A DNA stretch of 64,000 nucleotides, from positions 145,266,001 through 145,330,000 of the forward strand of contig OZ024743.1 of NCBI GenBank assembly GCA_964016885.1, given 5' to 3'. This stretch comes from Eledone cirrhosa. Taxonomy: Eukaryota. Shown here in pieces: positions 39,601-57,600 of this stretch. The translations under genes and the position numbers were made by a program. Position 1 is the stretch's first letter. Every line of letters begins with the position of its first letter. The notes under the pieces were generated by a model. That model searched no databases and was not told the origin of the DNA. It saw only the letters and a list, made by a program, of their open reading frames with translations.

Positions 39601-42600
39601 TAAATATACACAGATGCAATTACAAGAACCATACACAAACACACACTAGTGACCAAAGATAGTGTATATATATACACAGATGCAATAGAAACAAACATAC
39701 ACAAACACACACTAGTGACCAAAGATAGAATATAAATATACACAGATGCAATAGCAACAATCATACACAAACACACAGAGTGATGTAAGATAGAATATAA
39801 ATATACACAGATGCAATAACAACAGCCATACACAAACACACACTAGTGATCTAACATAGAATATAAATATACACAGATGCCATAGCAACAACCATACACA
39901 AACACACACTAGTGATCTAAGATAGAATATAAATATACACAGATGAAATAGTAACAACCATACACAAACACACACTAGTGATCTAAGATAGAACATAAAT
40001 ATACACAGATGCAATAGCAACAACCATACACAAACACACACTAGTGACCAAAGATAGAGTATAAATATACACAGATCCAATAGCAACAACCATACACAAA
40101 CACACACTAGTGATCTAAGATAGAATATAAATATACACAGATGCAATAGCAACAGCCATACACAAACACACACAGAGTGATGTAAGAGAGAATATAAATA
40201 TACACAGATGCAATAGCAACAGCCATACACAAACACACACTAGTGATCTAACATAGAATATAAATATACACAGATGCCATAGCAACAACCATACACAAAC
40301 ACACACTAGTGATCTAAGATAGAATATGAATATACACAGATGGAATAGCAACAACCATACACAAACACACACTAGTGACCAAGGATAGAATATAAATATA
40401 CACAGATGCAATAGCAAGAACCATACAAAATCACACACTACTGACCAAAGATAGAGTTTAAATATACACAGATGCAATAGAAACAACCATAGACAAACAC
40501 ACACTAGTGACCAAAGATAGAATATAAATATACACAGATGCAATAGCAACAACCATACACAAACACACAGAGTGATGTAAGATAGAATATAAATATACAC
40601 AGATGCAATAGCAACAACCATACACAAACACACACTAGTGATCTAAGATAGAATATAAATATACACAGATGCAATAGCAACAAACATACACGAACACACA
40701 CTAGTGATCTAAGATAGAATATAAATATACACAGATGAAATAGCAACAACCATACACAAACACACACTAGTGACCAAAGATAGAATATAAATATACACAG
40801 ATGCAATAGCAACAACCATACACAAACACACACTAGTGATCTAAGATAGAATATAAATATACACAGATGGAATAGCAACAACCATACACAAACACACACT
40901 AGTGACCAAAGATAGAATGTAAATATACACAGATGCAATAGCAACAACCATACACAAACACACACGAGTGATCTAAGATAGAATATGAATATACACAGAT
41001 CCAATAGCAGCAACTATACACAAACACACAGAGTGATGTAAGATAGAATATAAATATACACAGATGCAATAGCAACAACCATACACAAACACACACTAGT
41101 GATCTAAAATAGAATATAAATATACACAGATGGAATAGCAACAACCATACACAAACACAAACTAGTGCCCAAAGATAGAGTATAAATATACACAGATCCA
41201 ATAGCAACAACCATACACAAACACACACTAGTTATCTAAGATAGAATATGAATATACACAGATTCCATAGCAACAACCATACACAAATACACACTAGTGA
41301 TCTAAGATAGAATATAAATATACACAGATGCAATAGCAACAACCATACACGAACACACACGAGTGATCTAAGATAGAATATAAATATTAACAGATGCAAT
41401 AACACCGAACATACACAAACACACACTAGTGATCTAAGATAGAATATAAATATACACAGATGCAATAGCAACAACCATACACAAACACACACTAGTGATC
41501 TAAGATAGAATATAAATATACACAGATGCAATAGCAACAGCCATACACAAACACACACAGAGTGATGTAAGAGAGAATATAAATATACACAGATGCAATA
41601 GCAACAGCCATACACAAACACACACTAGTGATCTAACATAGAATATAAATATACACAGATGCCATAGCAACAACCATACACAAACACACACTAGTGATCT
41701 AAGATAGAATATAAATATACACAGATGGAATAGCAACAACCATACACAAACACACACTAGTGACCAAGGATAGAATATAAATATACACAGATGCAATAGC
41801 AAGAACCATACACAATCACACACTACTGACCAAAGATAGAGTTTAAATATACACAGATGCAATAGAAACAACCATAGACAAACACACACTAGTGACCAAA
41901 GATAGAATATAAATATACACAGATGCAATAGCAACAACCATACACAAACACACAGAGTGATGTAAGATAGAATATAAATATACACAGATGCAATAGCAAC
42001 AACCATACACAAACACACACTAGTGATCTAAGATAGAATATAAATATACACAGATGCAATAGCAACAAACATACACGAACACACACTAGTGATCTAAGAT
42101 AGAATATAAATATACACAGATGAAATAGCAACAACCATACACAAACACACACTAGTGACCAAAGATAGAATATAAATATACACAGATGCAATAGCAACAA
42201 CCATACACAAACACACACTAGTGATCTAAGATAGAATATAAATATACACAGATGGAATAGCAACAACCATACACAAACACACACTAGTGACCAAAGATAG
42301 AATGTAAATATACACAGATGCAATAGCAACAACCATACACAAACACACACGAGTGATCTAAGATAGAATATGAATATACACAGATCCAATAGCAGCAACT
42401 ATACACAAACACACAGAGTGATGTAAGATAGAATATAAATATACACAGATGCAATAGCAACAACCATACACAAACACACACTAGTGATCTAAAATAGAAT
42501 ATAAATATACACAGATGGAATAGCAACAACCATACACAAACACAAACTAGTGCCCAAAGATAGAGTATAAATATACACAGATCCAATAGCAACAACCATA

Positions 42601-45600
42601 CACAAACACACACTAGTTATCTAAGATAGAATATGAATATACACAGATTCCATAGCAACAACCATACACAAATACACACTAGTGATCTAAGATAGAATAT
42701 AAATATACACAGATGCAATAGCAACAACCATACACGAACACACACGAGTGATCTAAGATAGAATATAAATATTAACAGATGCAATAACACCGAACATACA
42801 CAAACACACACTAGTGATCTAAGATAGAATATAAATATACACAGATGCAATAGCAACAACCATACACAAACACACACTAGTGATCTAAGATAGAATATAA
42901 ATATACACAGATCCAATAGCAACAAGCATACACAAACACACACTAGTGATCTAAGATAGAATATAAATATACACAGATGCAATAGCAAGAACCATACACA
43001 AACACACACTAGTGATCTAAGATAGAATATAAATATACACAGATCCAATAGCAACAACCATACACAAACACACACTAGTGACCAAAGATAGAATATAAAT
43101 ATACATGGATGCAATAGCAACAACCATACACAAACACACACTAGTGATCTAAGATAGAATATAAATATACACAGATCCAATAGCAACAACCATACACAAA
43201 CACACACTAGTGACCAAAGATAGAATATAAATATACATAGATGCAATAGCAACAACCATACACAAACACACACTAGAGACCAAAGATAGAATATAAATAT
43301 ACACAGATGCAATTACAAGAACCATACACAAACACACACTAGTGACCAAAGATAGTGTATATATATACACAGATGCAATAGAAACAAACATACACAAACA
43401 CACACTAGTGACCAAAGATAGAATATAAATATACACAGATGCAATAGCAACAAACATACACAAACACACAGAGTGATATAAGATAGAATATAAATATACA
43501 CAGATGCAATAGCAACAGCCATACACAAACACACACTAGTGATCTAACATAGAATATAAGTATACACAGATGCCATAGCAACAACCATACACAAACACAC
43601 GCTAGTGATCTAAGATAGAATATAAATATACACAGATTGAATAGCATCAACCATACACAAACACACACTAGTGATCTAAGATAAAATATAAATATACGCA
43701 GATGCAATAGCAACAACCATACACAAACACACACTAGTGACCAAAGATAGAGTATAAATATACACAGATCCAATAGCAACAACCATACACAAACACACAC
43801 TAGTGATCTAAGATAGAATATAAATATACACAGATGCAATAGCAACAGCCATACACAAACACACACAGAGTGATGTAAGTTAGAATATAAATATACACAG
43901 ATGCAATAGCAACAGCCATACACAAACACACACTAGTGATCTAACAAAGAATATAAATATACACAGATGCCATAGCAACAACCATACACAAACACACAAT
44001 AGTGACCAAAGATAGAGTATAAATATACACAGATCTAATAGCAATAACCATACACAAACACGCACTAGTGACCAAAGATAGAATATAAATATACACAGAT
44101 GCAATAGCAAGAACCATACACAATCGCACACTACTGACCAAAGATAGAGTTTAAATATACACAGATGCAATAGAAACAACCATAGACAAACACACACTAG
44201 TGATCTAAGATAGAATATAAATATACACAGATGCAATAGCAACAACCATACACAAACACACACTAGTGATCTAAGATAGAGTTTAAATATACACAGATGC
44301 AATAGCAACAACCATACACAAACACACAGAGTGATGTAAGATAGAATATAAATATACACAGATGCAATAGCAACAACCATACACGAACACACACTAGTGA
44401 TCTAAGATAGAATATAAATATACACAGATGGAATAGCAACAACCATACACAAACACACACTAGTGACCAAAGATAGAATATAAATATACACAGATGCAAT
44501 AGCAACAACCATACACAAACACACACTAGTGATCTAAGATAGAATATAAATATACACAGATGCAATAGCAACAACCATACACAAACACACACTAGTGATC
44601 TAAAATAGAATATAAATATACACAGATGGAATAGCAACAACCATACACAAACACAAACTAGTGCCCAAAGATAGAGTATAAATATACACAGATCCAATAG
44701 CAACAACCATACACAAACACACACTAGTTATCTAAGATAGAATATGAATATACACAGATTCCATAGCAACAACCATACACAAATACACACTAGTGATCTA
44801 AGATAGAATATAAATATACACAGATGCAATAGCAACAACCATACACGAACACACACGAGTGATCTAAGATAGAATATAAATATTAACAGATGCAATAACA
44901 CCGAACATACACAAACACACACTAGTGATCTAAGATAGAATATAAATATACACAGATGCAATAGCAACAACCATACACAAACACACACTAGTGATCTAAG
45001 ATAGAATATAAATATACACAGATCCAATAGCAACAAGCATACACAAACACACACTAGTGATCTAAGATAGAATATAAATATACACAGATGCAATAGCAAG
45101 AACCATACACAAACACACACTAGTGATCTAAGATAGAATATAAATATACACAGATCCAATAGCAACAACCATACACAAACACACACTAGTGACCAAAGAT
45201 AGAATATAAATATACATGGATGCAATAGCAACAACCATACACAAACACACACTAGTGATCTAAGATAGAATATAAATATACACAGATCCAATAGCAACAA
45301 CCATACACAAACACACACTAGTGACCAAAGATAGAATATAAATATACATAGATGCAATAGCAACAACCATACACAAACACACACTAGAGACCAAAGATAG
45401 AATATAAATATACACAGATGCAATTACAAGAACCATACACAAACACACACTAGTGACCAAAGATAGTGTATATATATACACAGATGCAATAGAAACAAAC
45501 ATACACAAACACACACTAGTGACCAAAGATAGAATATAAATATACACAGATGCAATAGCAACAATCATACACAAACACACAGAGTGATATAAGATAGAAT

Positions 45601-48600
45601 ATAAATATACACAGATGCAATAGCAACAGCCATACACAAACACACACTAGTGATCTAACATAGAATATAAGTATACACAGATGCCATAGCAACAACCATA
45701 CACAAACACACACTAGTGATCTAAGATAGAATATAAATATACACAGATTGAATAGCATCAACCATACACAAACACACACTAGTGATCTAAGATAAAATAT
45801 AAATATACGCAGATGAAATAGCAACAACCATACACAAACACACACTAGTGACCAAAGATAGAGTATAAATATACACAGATCCAATAGCAACAACCATACA
45901 CAAACACACACTAGTGATCTAAGATAGAATATAAATATACACAGATGCAATAGCAACAGCCATACACAAACACACACAGAGTGATGTAAGTTAGAATATA
46001 AATATACACAGATGCAATAGCAACAGCCATACACAAACACACACTAGTGATCTAACAAAGAATATAAATATACACAGATGCCATAGCAACAACCATACAC
46101 AAACACACAATAGTGACCAAAGATAGAGTATAAATATACACAGATCTAATAGCAATAACCATACACAAACACGCACTAGTGACCAAAGATAGAATATAAA
46201 TATACACAGATGCAATAGCAAGAACCATACACAATCACACACTACTGACCAAAGATAGAGTTTAAATATACACAGATGCAATAGAAACAACCATAGACAA
46301 ACACACACTAGTGATCTAAGATAGAATATAAATATACACAGATGCAATAGCAACAACCATACACAAACACACACTAGAGATCTAAGATAGAATATAAATA
46401 TACACAGATGCAATAGCAACAACCATACACGAACACACACTAGTGATCTAAGATAGAATATAAATATACACAGATGGAATAGCAACAACCATACACAAAC
46501 ACACACTAGTGACCAAAGATAGAATATAAATATACACAGATGCAATAGCAACAACCATACACAAACACACACTAGTGATCTAAGATAGAATATAAATATA
46601 CACAGATGGAATAGCAACAACCATACACAAACACACACTAGTGACCAAAGATAGAATGTAAATATACACAGATGCAATAGCAACAACCATACACAAACAC
46701 ACACGAGTGATCTAAGATAGAATATAAATATACACAGATCCAATAGCAACAACTATACACAAACACACAGAGTGATGTAAGATAGATTATAAATATACAC
46801 AGATGCAATAGCAACAACCATACACAAACACACACTAGTGATCTAAAATAGAATATAAATATACACAGGTGGAATAGCAACAACCATACACAAACACAAA
46901 CTAGTGCCCAAAGATAGAGTATAAATATACACAGATCCAATAGCAACAACCATAAACAAACACACACTAGTTATCTAAGATAGAATATGAATATACACAG
47001 ATTCCATAGCAACAACCATACACAAACACACACTAGTGATCTAAGATAGAATATAAATATACACAGATGCAATAGCAACAACCATACACAAACACACACG
47101 AGTGATCTAAGATAGAATATAAATATACACAGATGCAATAGCAACAACCATACACAAACACACACTAGTGACCAAAGATGGAGTATAAATGTACACAGAT
47201 CCAATAGCAACAACCATACACAAACACACACTAGTGATCTAAGATAGAATATAAATATACACAGATGCAATAGCAACAGCCATACACAAACACACACAGA
47301 GTGATGTAAGATAGAATATAAATATACACAGATGCAATAGCAACAGCCATACACAAACACACACTAGTGATCTAAAATAGAATATAAATATACACAGATG
47401 CCATAGCAACAACCATACACAAACACACACTAGTGATCTAAGATAGAATATAAATATACACAGATGCAATAGCAACAACCATACACAAACACACACGAGT
47501 GATCTAAGATAGAATATAAATATACACAGATGCAATAGCAACAACCATACACAAACACACACTAGTGATCTAAGATAGAATATAAATATACACAGATGCA
47601 ATAGCAACAACCATACACAAACACACACTAGTGATCTAAGATAGAATATAAATATACACAGATACCATAGCAACAACCATACGCAAACACACACTAGTGA
47701 TCTAAGATAGAATATAAATATACACAGATGCAATAGCAACAACCATACACAAACACACAGAGTGATGTAAGATAGAATATAAATATACACAGATGCAATA
47801 GCAACAACCATACACAGACACACACTATTGATCTCAGATAGAATATAAATATACACAGATGCAATAGAAACAACCATACACAAACACACACTAGTGACCA
47901 AAGATAGAATATAAATATACACAGATGCAATAGCAACAACCATACACAAACACACACTAGTGACCAAAGATAGAGTATAAATATACACAGATCCAATAGC
48001 AACAACCATACTCAAACGCACACTAGTGACCAAAGATAGAATATTAATATACACAGATGCAATAGCAACAACCATACACAAACACACACTAGTGATCTAA
48101 GATAGAATATAAATATACACAGATGCAATAGCAACAACCATACACAAACACACACTAGTGATCTAAGATAGAATATAAATATACACAGATGCAATAGCAA
48201 CAACCATACACAAACACACACTAGTGATCTAAGATAGAATATAAATATACACAGATACCATAGCAACAACCATACACAAACACACACTAGTGATATAAGA
48301 TAGAATATAAATATACACAGATGCAATAGCAACAACCATACACAAACACACACTAGTGACCAAAGATAGAGTATAAATATACACAGATCCAATAGCAACA
48401 ACCATACACAAACACACACTAGTGACCAAAGATAGAGTATAAATATACACAGATGCAATAGCAACAACCATACACAAACACACACTAGTGACCAAAGATG
48501 GAGTATAAATATACACAGATCCAATAGCAACAACCATACACAAACACACACTAGTGATCTAAGATAGAATATAAATATACACAGATGCAATAGCAACAGC

Positions 48601-51600
48601 CATACACAAACACACACAGAGTGATGTAAGATAGAATATAAATATACACAGATGCCATAGCAACAACCATACACAAACACACACTAGTTATCTAAGATAG
48701 AATATAAATATACACAGATGCAATAGCAACAACCATACACAAACACACAGAGTGATGTAAGATAGAATATAAATATACACAGATGCAATAGCAACAACCA
48801 TACACAAACACACACTATTGATCTCAGATAGAATATAAATATACACAGATGCAATAGAAACAACCATACACAAACACACACTAGTGACCAAAGATAGAAT
48901 ATAAATATACACAGATGCAATAGCAACAACCATACACAAACACACACTAGTGACCAAAGATAGAGTATAAATATACACAGATCCAATAGCAACAACCATA
49001 CTCAAACGCACACTAGTGACCAAAGATAGAATATTAATATACACAGATGCAATAGCAACAACCATACACAAACACACACTAGTGATCTAAGATAGAATAT
49101 AAATATACACAGATGCAATAGCAACAACCATACACAAACACACACTAGTGATCTAAGATAGAATATAAATATACACAGATGCAATAGCAACAACCATACA
49201 CAAACACACACTAGTGATCTAAGATAGAATATAAATATACACAGATACCATAGCAACAACCATACACAAACACACACTAGTGATATAAGATAGAATATAA
49301 ATATACACAGATGCAATAGCAACAACCATACACAAACACACAGAGTGATGTAAGATAGAATATAAATATACACAGATGCAATAGCAACAACCATACACAA
49401 ACACACACTAGTGACCAAAGATAGAGTATAAATATACACAGATCCAATAGCAACAACCATACACAAACACACACTAGTGACCAAAGATGGAGTATAAATA
49501 TACAGAGATCCAATAGCAACAACCATACACAAACACACACTAGTGATCTAAGATAGAATATAAATATACACAGATGCAATAGCAACAGCCATACACAAAC
49601 ACACACAGAGTGATGTAAGATAGAATATAAATATACACAGATGCAATAGCAACAGCCATACACAAACACACACTAGTGATCTAAGATAGAATATAAATAT
49701 ACACAGATGCCATAGCAACAACCATACACAAACACACACTAGTGATCTAAGATAGAATATAAATATACACAGATGGAATAGCAACAACCATACACAAACA
49801 CACACGAGTGATCTAAGATAGAATATAAATATACACAGATGCAATAGCAACAACCATACACAAACACACACTAGTGATCTAAGATAGAATATAAATATAC
49901 ACAGATGCAATAGCAACAACCATACACAAACACACACTAGTGATCTAAGATAGAATATAAATATACACAGATACCATAGCAACAACAATACACAAACACA
50001 CACTAGTGATCTAAGATAGAATATAAATATACACAGATGCAATAGCAACAACCATACACAAACACACAGAGTGATGTAAGATAGAATATAAATATACACA
50101 GATGCAATAGCAACAACCATACACAAACACACACTATTGATCTCAGATAGAATATAAATATACACAGATGCAATAGAAACAACCATACACAAACACACAC
50201 TAGTGACCAAAGATAGAATATAAATATACACAGATGCAATAGCAACAACCATACACAAACACACACTAGTGACCAAAGATAGAGTATAAATATACACAGA
50301 TCCAATAGCAACAACCATACTCAAACGCACACTAGTGACCAAAGATAGAATATTAATATACACAGATGCAATAGCAACAACCATACACAAACACACACTA
50401 GTGATCTAAGATAGAATATAAATATACACAGATGCAATAGCAACAACCATACACAAACACACACTAGTGATCTAAAATAGAATATAAATATACACAGGTG
50501 GAATAGCAACAACCATACACAAACACACAGAGTGATGTAAGATAGATTATAAATATACACAGATGCAATAGCAACAACCATACACAAACACACACTAGTG
50601 ATCTAAAATAGAATATAAATATACACAGGTGGAATAGCAACAACCATACACAAACACAAACTAGTGCCCAAAGATAGAGTATAAATATACACAGATCCAA
50701 TAGCAACAACCATAAACAAACACACACTAGTTATCTAAGATAGAATATGAATATACACAGATTCCATAGCAACAACCATACACAAACACACACTAGTGAT
50801 CTAAGATATAATATAAATATACACAGATGCAATAGCAACAACCATACACAAACACACACGAGTGATCTAAGATAGAATATAAATATACACAGATGCAATA
50901 GCAACAACCATACACAAACACACACTAGTGACCAAAGATGGAGTATAAATATACACAGATCCAATAGCAACAACCATACACAAACACACACTAGTGATCT
51001 AAGATAGAATATAAATATACACAGATGCAATAGCAACAGCCATACACAAACACACACAGAGTGATGTAAGATAGAATATAAATATACACAGATGCAATAG
51101 CAACAGCCATACACAAACACACACTAATGATCTAAGATAGAATATAAATATACACAGATGCCATAGCAACAACCATACACAAACACACACTAGTGATCTA
51201 AGATAGAATATAAATATACACAGATGCAATAGCAACAACCATACACAAACACACACGAGTGATCTAAGATAGAATATAAATATACACAGATGCAATAGCA
51301 ACAACCATACACAAACACACACTAGTGATCTAAGATAGAATATAAATATACACAGATGCAATAGCAACAACCATACACAAACACACACTAGTGATCTAAG
51401 ATAGAATATAAATATACACAGATACCATAGCAACAACCATACACAAACACACACTAGTGATCTAAGATAGAATATAAATATACACAGATGCAATAGCAAC
51501 AACCATACACAAACACACAGAGTGATGTAAGATAGAATATAAATATACACAGATGCAATAGCAACAACCATACACAAACACACACTATTGATCTCAGATA

Positions 51601-54600
51601 GAATATAAATATACACAGATGCAATAGAAACAACCATACACAAACACACACTAGTGACCAAAGATAGAATATAAATATACACAGATGCAATAGCAACAAC
51701 CATACACAAACACACACTAGTGACCAAAGAGGGAGTATAAATATACACAGATCCAATAGCAACAACCATACTCAAACGCACACTAGTGACCAAAGATAGA
51801 ATATTAATATACACAGATGCAATAGCAACAACCATACACAAACACACACTAGTGATCTAAGATAGAATATAAATATACACAGATGCAATAGCAACAACCA
51901 TACACAAACACACACTAGTGATCTAAGATAGAATATAAATATACACAGATGCAATAGCAACAACCATACACAAACACACACTAGTGATCTAAGATAGAAT
52001 ATAAATATACACAGATACCATAGCAACAACCATACACAAACACACACTAGTGATATAAGATAGAATATAAATATACACAGATGCAATAGCAACAACCATA
52101 CACAAACACACACTAGTGACCAAAGATAGAGTATAAATATACACAGATCCAATAGCAACAACCATACACAAACACACACTAGTGACCAAAGATAGAGTAT
52201 AAATATACACAGTTGCAATAGCAACAACCATACACAAACACACACTAGTGACCAAAGATGGAGTATAAATATACACAGATCCAATAGCAACAACCATACA
52301 CAAACACACACTAGTGATCTAAGATAGAATATAAATATACACAGATGCAATAGCAACAGCCATACACAAACACACACAGAGTGATGTAAGATAGAATATA
52401 AATATACACAGATGCCATAGCAACAACCATACACAAACACACACTAGTGATCTAAGATAGAATATAAATATACACAGATGCAATAGCAACAACCATACAC
52501 AAACACACAGAGTGATGTAAGATAGAATATAAATATACACAGATGCAATAGCAACAACCATACACAAACACACACTATTGATCTCAGATAGAATATAAAT
52601 ATACACAGATGCAATAGAAACAACCATACACAAACACACACTAGTGACCAAAGATAGAATATAAATATACACAGATGCAATAGCAACAACCATACACAAA
52701 CACACACTAGTGACCAAAGATAGAGTATAAATATACACAGATCCAATAGCAACAACCATACTCAAACGCACACTAGTGACCAAAGATAGAATATTAATAT
52801 ACACAGATGCAATAGCAACAACCATACACAAACACACACTAGTGATCTAAGATAGAATATAAATATACACAGATGCAATAGCAACAACCATACACAAACA
52901 CACACTAGTGATCTAAGATAGAATATAAATATACACAGATGCAATAGCAACAACCATACACAAACACACACTAGTGATCTAAGATAGAATATAAATATAC
53001 ACAGATACCATAGCAACAACCATACACAAACACACACTAGTGATATAAGATAGAATATAAATATACACAGATGCAATAGCAACAACCATACACAAACACA
53101 CAGAGTGATGTAAGATAGAATATAAATATACACAGATGCAATATCAACAACCATACACAAACACACACTAGTGATCTAAGATAGAATATAAATATACACA
53201 GATGCAATAGCAACAACCATACACAAACACACACGAGTGATCTAAGATAGAATATAAATATACACAGATGCAATAGCAACAACCATACACAAACACACAC
53301 TAGTGATCTAAGATAGAATATAAATATACACAGATGCAATAGCAACAACCATACACAAACACACACTAGTGATCTAAGATAGAATATAAATATACACAGA
53401 TACCATAGCAACAACAATACACAAACACACACTAGTGATCTAAGATAGAATATAAATATACACAGATCCAATAGCAACAACCATACTCAAACGCACACTA
53501 GTGACCAAAGATAGAATATTAATATACACAGATGCAATAGCAACAACCATACACAAACACACACTAGTGATCTAAGATAGAATATAAATATACACAGATG
53601 CAATAGCAACAACCATACACAAACACACACTAGTGATCTAAAATAGAATATAAATATACACAGGTGGAATAGCAACAACCATACACAAACACACAGAGTG
53701 ATGTAAGATAGATTATAAATATACACAGATGCAATAGCAACAACCATACACAAACACACACTAGTGATCTAAAATAGAATATAAATATACACAGGTGGAA
53801 TAGCAACAACCATACACAAACACAAACTAGTGCCCAAAGATAGAGTATAAATATACACAGATCCAATAGCAACAACCATAAACAAACACACACTAGTTAT
53901 CTAAGATAGAATATGAATATACACAGATTCCATAGCAACAACCATACACAAACACACACTAGTGATCTAAGATATAATATAAATATACACAGATGCAATA
54001 GCAACAACCATACACAAACACACACGAGTGATCTAAGATAGAATATAAATATACACAGATGCAATAGCAACAACCATACACAAACACACACTAGTGACCA
54101 AAGATGGAGTATAAATATACACAGATCCAATAGCAACAACCATACACAAACACACACTAGTGATCTAAGATAGAATATAAATATACACAGATGCAATAGC
54201 AACAGCCATACACAAACACACACAGAGTGATGTAAGATAGAATATAAATATACACAGATGCAATAGCAACAGCCATACACAAACACACACTAATGATCTA
54301 AGATAGAATATAAATATACACCGATGCCATAGCAACAACCATACACAAACACACACTAGTGATCTAAGATAGAATATAAATATACACAGATGCAATAGCA
54401 ACAACCATACACAAACACACACGAGTGATCTAAGATAGAATATAAATATACACAGATGCAATAGCAACAACCATACACAAACACACACTAGTGATCTAAG
54501 ATAGAATATAAATATACACAGATGCAATAGCAACAACCATACACAAACACACACTAGTGATCTAAGATAGAATATAAATATACACAGATACCATAGCAAC

Positions 54601-57600
54601 AACCATACACAAACACACACTAGTGATCTAAGATAGAATATAAATATACACAGATGCAATAGCAACAACCATACACAAACACACAGAGTGATGTAAGATA
54701 GAATATAAATATACACAGATGCAATAGCAACAACCATACACAAACACACACTATTGATCTCAGATAGAATATAAATATACACAGATGCAATAGAAACAAC
54801 CATGCACAAACACACACTAGTGACCAAAGATAGAATATAAATATACACAGATGCAATAGCAACAACCATACACAAACACACACTAGTGACCAAAGAGGGA
54901 GTATAAATATACACAGATCCAATAGCAACAACCATACTCAAACGCACACTAGTGACCAAAGATAGAATATTAATATACACAGATGCAATAGCAACAACCA
55001 TACACAAACACACACTAGTGATCTAAGATAGAATATAAATATACACAGATGCAATAGCAACAACCATACACAAACACACACTAGTGATCTAAGATAGAAT
55101 ATAAATATACACAGATGCAATAGCAACAACCATACACAAACACACACTAGTGATCTAAGATAGAATATAAATATACACAGATACCATAGCAACAACCATA
55201 CACAAACACACACTAGTGATATAAGATAGAATATAAATATACACAGATGCAATAGCAACAACCATACACAAACACACACTAGTGACCAAAGATAGAGTAT
55301 AAATATACACAGATCCAATAGCAACAACCATACACAAACACACACTAGTGACCAAAGATAGAGTATAAATATACACAGATGCAATAGCAACAACCATACA
55401 CAAACACACACTAGTGACCAAAGATGGAGTATAAATATACACAGATCCAATAGCAACAACCATACACAAACACACACTAGTGATCTAAGATAGAATATAA
55501 ATATACACAGATGCAATAGCAACAGCCATACACAAACACACACAGAGTGATGTAAGATAGAATATAAATATACACAGATGCCATAGCAACAACCATACAC
55601 AAACACACACTAGTGATCTAAGATAGAATATAAATATACACAGATGCAATAGCAACAACCATACACAAACACACAGAGTGATGTAAGATAGAATATAAAT
55701 ATACACAGATGCAATAGCAACAACCATACACAAACACACACTATTGATCTCAGATAGAATATAAATATACACAGATGCAATAGAAACAACCATACACAAA
55801 CACACACTAGTGACCAAAGATAGAATATAAATATACACAGATGCAATAGCAACAACCATACACAAACACACACTAGTGACCAAAGATAGAGTATAAATAT
55901 ACACAGATCCAATAGCAACAACCATACTCAAACGCACACTAGTGACCAAAGATAGAATATTAATATACACAGATGCAATAGCAACAACCATACACAAACA
56001 CACACTAGTGATCTAAGATAGAATATAAATATACACAGATGCAATAGCAACAACCATACACAAACACACACTAGTGATCTAAGATAGAATATAAATATAC
56101 ACAGATGCAATAGCAACAACCATACACAAACACACACTAGTGATCTAAGATAGAATATAAATATACACAGATACCATAGCAACAACCATACACAAACACA
56201 CACTAGTGATATAAGATAGAATATAAATATACACAGATGCAATAGCAACAACCATACACAAACACACAGAGTGATGTAAGATAGAATATAAATATACACA
56301 GATGCAATATCAACAACCATACACAAACACACACTAGTGATCTAAGATAGAATATAAATATACACAGATGCAATAGCAACAACCATACACAAACACACAC
56401 GAGTGATCTAAGATAGAATATAAATATACACAGATGCAATAGCAACAACCATACACAAACACACACTAGTGATCTAAGATAGAATATAAATATACACAGA
56501 TGCAATAGCAACAACCATACACAAACACACACTAGTGATCTAAGATAGAATATAAATATACACAGATACCATAGCAACAACAATACACAAACACACACTA
56601 GTGATCTAAGATAGAATATAAATATACACAGATGCAATAGCAACAACCATACACAAACACACAGAGTGATGTAAGATAGAATATAAATATACACAGATGC
56701 AATAGCAACAACCATACACAAACACACACTATTGATCTCAGATAGAATATAAATATACACAGATGCAATAGAAACAACCATACACAAACACACACTAGTG
56801 ACCAAAGATAGAATATAAATATACACAGATGCAATAGCAACAACCATACACAAACACACACTAGTGACCAAAGATAGAGTATAAATATACACAGATCCAA
56901 TAGCAACAACCATACTCAAACGCACACTAGTGACCAAAGATAGAATATTAATATACACAGATGCAATAGCAACAACCATACACAAACACACACTAGTGAT
57001 CTAAGATAGAATATAAATATACACAGATGCAATAGCAACAACCATACACAAACACACACTAGTGATCTAAAATAGAATATAAATATACACAGGTGGAATA
57101 GCAACAACCATACACAAACACACAGAGTGATGTAAGATAGATTATAAATATACACAGATGCAATAGCAACAACCATACACAAACACACACTAGTGATCTA
57201 AAATAGAATATAAATATACACAGGTGGAATAGCAACAACCATACACAAACACAAACTAGTGCCCAAAGATAGAGTATAAATATACACAGATCCAATAGCA
57301 ACAACCATAAACAAACACACACTAGTTATCTAAGATAGAATATGAATATACACAGATTCCATAGCAACAACCATACACAAACACACACTAGTGATCTAAG
57401 ATATAATATAAATATACACAGATGCAATAGCAACAACCATACACAAACACACACGAGTGATCTAAGATAGAATATAAATATACACAGATGCAATAGCAAC
57501 AACCATACACAAACACACACTAGTGACCAAAGATGGAGTATAAATATACACAGATCCAATAGCAACAACCATACACAAACACACACTAGTGATCTAAGAT